Part shown: positions 35,386 to 39,791 of the stretch, piece by piece
How the letters are laid out: each line of letters begins with the position of its first letter
Numbering within the stretch: the stretch's first letter is position 1
Assembly (NCBI RefSeq): GCF_001194135.2
Contig: NC_068983.1
Span: 160,802,899 to 160,842,689 of the forward strand
Direction of reading: 5' to 3'
DNA length: 39,791 bases
Origin: Octopus bimaculoides
Taxonomy: Eukaryota
Program-made: the position numbers and the translations under genes
The notes under the pieces: model-generated
Told to the model about the DNA's origin: nothing
The model's database searches: none
What the model saw: only the letters and a program-made list of their open reading frames with translations

Positions 35386-36041
35386 TAAGTAAGAAATGGT
35401 CATAATTCTGTGAGGCCATAACGGAAAACACCAATGTGAAATATGGACAAAATGTAGAAACGTCTTTTTGTAAATATAGAAGAGTCAGAACTATAAATCA
35501 CGTGCTGGTTTGCCCTTAGTTGAACTCTCTATGTTGCTTGGATAATTTGAGAAATACTTCGAAGATGGTGTAAAAATCTGAAGCACTTTATAAAGACGCT
35601 AAATAATAATTGTTTGTACTTATATACCTGTGTTTCAGTTATCGAATATTCATCATATATTTTAGTTCTTCTATCTAGGTGACAACTTTTATCAAGCGAA
35701 GACCTTTATGTGGTTGCTAGGCCTGTGAGACATAAGAGTTAAATGTTCTTTAGATTTCTGTCTGTGGTCTTATCGTAAAGGAAGAATACATCGGATAATG
35801 TAGTTCTAGATGTTATGTCTGAAAAAACGACGAGATGGTCAAGATTACGAAAGCCTTCGATCACAGATAAATTTGATTAGTGCTGCCTTGGAACTAAAAC
35901 AACAGTAACAACAACTACAAAAGCAGCAGCGGCAACAGAATTAGCTTCAATACATTTTCAATTCAGTTTTTGTTATATAGGTCACACAAGATTAAGACCA
36001 TCGCTTCCTTACTGCATCATATTAAAAAAAATCTACTGTAA

Positions 36042-36220
36042 TTTACTCTTTTACTTGTTTCAGTCATTTGACTGTGACCATGCTGGAGCACCGCCTTTAG
36101 TCGAGCAAATCGACCCCACGACTTATTCTTTGGAAGCCTAGTACTTATTCTTGAGTTGTCAAGCGATGTTGGTGGCACAAACACAGACACACAAACATAT
36201 ACACACACATCCATACATAC

Positions 36221-36273
<53 letters not shown>

Positions 36274-36448
36274 TATACATATATACGACGAGCTTCTTTC
36301 AGTTTCCGTCTACCAAATCCACTAACAAAGCTTTGGTCGGCCTGTGGCTATAGTAGGAGACACTTGCCCAAGGTGCCACGCAGTGGGAATGAACCCGGAA
36401 CTATGTGGTTGGTAAGCCAGCTACTTACCACACAGTCACTCCTACGCC
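36042..36448 (-). mobile_element. SINE family B
   Basis: Reverse complement of the 30068-type element, including head, TA tract and tail. Confidence 0.94.
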
Positions 36449-36989
36449 TAATATGTATATTTGTCTCCCAACTAAGTGACTTGAAGCTGGTATTTATGTT
36501 GCTTAATCTTGTGTCAGGCTTCACTGAGCGGGTTTAGGATTAAAGGCATTTCGGCAGTGACTCTACCATCATATCGCATCCAGTTCTTTTCTGAATTTCT
36601 ACGTATCTAGACACTCCAATATCCAACGTATCCTTCTTTTTATTCCTACATTCCATGTGTTTTAAATTATAAATGGTCTTTATTTCTTGTAATTTAAGTG
36701 ACCATGTAAATGCTCCCTCGTTAGTTCACAGTTTAAAAGTTATAGGGGAAAGAGAAATAGGGTTTCTCGGATGAAATATATGAAATTATCAGCCAAAATT
36801 AAAGTTACAAATTTCATCCATTAAGAAACTAATTGTACTCACTTTGTATAAAAGAAGAGGCAGGGTACTTTATATATCAATTACTAGTGCGATGCATAAA
36901 TAATGATTGCTAACATAGACACAAGAAAATTAACAAATTCCGGGTAGACGAGTTATAGGGTCAATTATTGCAAGCACTTGACTAGGGCT

Positions 36990-37092
36990 TACACTCCCTC
37001 AGCAAAACAAAAATGTTCAAGTTGACTGCAATGTGATTTGAACTGAGATCACGCGATATCTTCAGACCTAAACATCTGTCTGCCACTCACTT
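36990..37092 (-). mobile_element. Degenerate SINE head fragment
   Basis: Minus-strand GAGTGGCAGACAG...CTCAGTTCAAATCAC...GTCAACTTG carries A/B-box-like motifs. Confidence 0.45.
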
Positions 37093-37456
37093 CACCGACA
37101 TGTGCAAGCACACTTAAACTCAGGTAGTAGATATAAACACCTCGCACCAATGCCCCACAACCATAAACAAAAACTTGCCACTAGAATTTATATAATTATC
37201 AACTATTTTTCAGTATTTTTCATATATACTCCCATCAAAGTCGCTCTGCTCATCTTTCTGACAATTTGTTTTTATCTATTTCCAGTCCATTGTACAAATA
37301 TCCAAGTACACTTCAATCCACCGACAAACAACTATATGCTACCAGCATCAGCAATAAAACATCCAAAATACAGCATCTAATAACAACACCCAAAAATTAA
37401 ATCCTATAATTACAACTATCATTGTCCTGAAAATTCTATTTCATATATATATATAT

Positions 37457-38242
37457 AAATATTAATTTTTCTGAGTTTCTCTAAAGGAGACTACAGCAGC
37501 GGTACTGGATATTAATAGTTATCGTCAAGCTAACATGGCAGTTCAGAAAAATAGGACGAATGCTACCGTTGATTAGCTCCAAGAGGCCATCGACTCTAGC
37601 TATGCGACACACGAACCTGTGTCCATTATAACCTTCGAACAAGGGAGGTCAGCCGCTTCCCCTTGCTGGTCTGGCATCTACAGACTAGGTATTTTCCCTT
37701 TATCAATGTAGAGCAGCCGAACCCAGCAGGCGTCGCTACTGACCGTTTGTTCGAAGTATTATTTACCTATATTCAGTGGAATTACATCCACTGGTTTTTA
37801 AAAATAGAAAAATTAATATTTCTAAGTCTCTCTAAAAGAGACAACGGCAGCGGTACTGGATATTAATAGTTATCGCCAAGCCAACATGGCAGTCCAGAAA
37901 AATAGGACGAATGCTACCGTTGATTAGCTCCAAGAGGCCATCGCATTTAGAGAGACTTAGAAATATTAATTTTTCTATTTTTGAAAAAATCAGTGTGTGT
38001 ATTCCACTGAATTTAGGTAAATAATCCTTCGAACAGACGGACAGTAGCGACGCCTGCTGGGTTCGGCTGCTCTACATTGATAAGGGGCAAATATCCTGAA
38101 ACTAGTCTGTAGATGCCAGATCAGCAAGGGGAAGCGGCTGACCTCCCCTGTTCGTAGGTTATAATGGACACAAATTCGTGTGTCACATAGGTAGCTAGAG
38201 GTGATGGCTTCTTGGAGCTAATCGAAGCAGCATTCGTCCTAT
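37457..38242. repeat. Compound direct and inverted repeat of unknown family
   Basis: 37551-37836 is inverted-repeated at 37946-38242. The spacer 37837-37943 directly repeats 37486-37592. Confidence 0.9.
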
Positions 38243-38422
38243 ATATGTGTTTTTCTCCTTGTCTCCGTATTCTTTCTGTTGAAGAGCGTAGCTCGAAACG
38301 TCAAAGACTTTCCGTATTCCCGAGCGTCATACTAATATATACTTTTGTTATTTACACCACCTGTCCTCGTCTGTTGTTATTATTTGTATATTCTCCCATA
38401 TATATATATATATATATATATA
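38243..38422 (+). mobile_element. Short Penelope-type terminal-repeat (retrozyme-like) remnant carrying the hammerhead motif
   Basis: TA-bounded segment of about 180 bp around the ribozyme motif, ending in (TA)n. Family assignment is inferred. Confidence 0.5.
38271..38307 (+). ncRNA. Minimal type I hammerhead ribozyme-like motif
   Basis: Stem I TCTTT/AAAGA; core CTGTTGA (A6 replaced by T); A; stem II GAGC-GTA-GCTC; GAAAC; GTC triplet at 38300-38302. Stem III has no loop, the dimer-type arrangement. Confidence 0.7.
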
Positions 38423-38809
38423 NNNNNNNNNNNNNNNNNNNNNNNNNNNNNNNNNNNNNNNNNNNNNNNNNNNNNNNNNNNNNNNNNNNNNNNNNNNNNN
38501 NNNNNNNNNNNNNNNNNNNNNNNNNNNNNNNNNNNNNNNNNNNNNNNNNNNNNNNNNNNNNNNNNNNNNNNNNNNNNNNNNNNNNNNNNNNNNNNNNNNN
38601 NNNNNNNNNNNNNNNNNNNNNNNNNNNNNNNNNNNNNNNNNNNNNNNNNNNNNNNNNNNNNNNNNNNNNNNNNNNNNNNNNNNNNNNNNNNNNNNNNNNN
38701 NNNNNNNNNNNNNNNNNNNNNNNNNNNNNNNNNNNNNNNNNNNNNNNNNNNNNNNNNNNNNNNNNNNNNNNNNNNNNNNNNNNNNNNNNNNNNNNNNNNN
38801 NNNNNNNNN

Positions 38810-38885
<76 letters not shown>

Positions 38886-39199
38886 GCACGTGATATAGGA
38901 GTTTCTGCGCCCATAACAGACGAGTCTCGTCTTCTACGATCTAAGTGTGCTATTATGAGAGTTCTCGCGAGGCTAATAACGCAATATTAAGTTTTTTAAC
39001 ATGATATCCACGTTGATTTGGCTATAAAGATTGCCTTTTGGCACTAACACTGCTTCCTTCGCTAATAATTAATCTTTAATGACCCTGGAGGGTATTCGCG
39101 ACGTCAGTGTCTGAAAAGATGCTGATATTCTATATATCGTTGCAACGAAATTTCTTGGCTATGCGGTAACCGGACGCTTCCCACTGATGATATCCACTA

Positions 39200-39584
39200 A
39201 ACTGAAATTTAGTCGAACGAATAGACCCTAGTACTTGGATTTTCCTTTAAAGCCTGATACTTATTAAATTGGTCTCTTTGCCGAGCCACAAGGTTACGGG
39301 GACGTAAACACACCAATACCGGTTGTCAAGCGATGATTGGGAACAAACGCAGACATAACGGCACACACGCGCACACATGCGCGCACACATGCGCGCACAC
39401 GCGCACACACGTATATATATACATACGACGGGCTTCTTTCAGTTTCCATCTCCCAAATCCACTTACAAGACATTGGTCAACCTGAGGCTCAAGCAGAAAA
39501 GACTTGTCCATGATTCCAAGCGGTGCAACAGAACCCGGAACCTTGTGGATTTCAAGGAAGCTTTTTACAACACAGCTACGCCTC
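39200..39584 (-). mobile_element. SINE family B, diverged
   Basis: Minus-strand head GAGGCGTAGCTGTGTTGTAAAAAGC...GGTTCCGGGTTC, core GAAACTGAAAGAAGCCCGTCG, and ACACCAATACCGGTTGTCAAGCGATG read on plus. Confidence 0.9.
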
Positions 39585-39720
39585 TCGAATGACGAGAATG
39601 AGTGGTGCATTGGCGGATAAAATTTCTTTATTTGTGTATTAAGGTTATCATTGGTTTCATGTTAAGAAAAGTATCTTAATATCTTGATATGAAACCAATA
39701 GTAGCCTTCATACACAAATA

Positions 39721-39721
<1 letters not shown>

Positions 39722-39791
<70 letters not shown>
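39722..39791. repeat. (CA)n microsatellite running off the window end
   Basis: Direct reading. Confidence 0.98.

Overview
Repeat-rich, AT-rich animal genomic DNA, either intergenic or intronic. The SINE families and microsatellite density suggest an octopus or other cephalopod; this is my recognition, not a database result. There is no intact protein-coding gene, rRNA, tRNA gene or CRISPR array. Most ORFs in the supplied track are artefacts of microsatellites or N-gaps. The window contains decayed DNA transposons: a mariner, a full-length Merlin/IS1595-like element with TIRs and an 8-bp TSD, and hAT MITEs. It also holds decayed retroelements (L1/Tx1, RTE, R4/Dong-type REL, L2/CR1-group and Penelope-like) and three tRNA-derived SINE families, several copies with clear TSDs. 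The most notable non-routine signals are: (i) three type I hammerhead-ribozyme-like motifs, (ii) a fold-back element whose arms are built from SINE-tail units, (iii) a direct-plus-inverted rearranged ~790-bp repeat, (iv) a palindromic interstitial telomere-like array, (v) two ~40-bp direct repeats flanking inserts, (vi) a young 44-bp array inside an old ~29-bp array, and (vii) a few unique islands that may be exons or promoters of a host gene. All alignments and identities were judged by eye.
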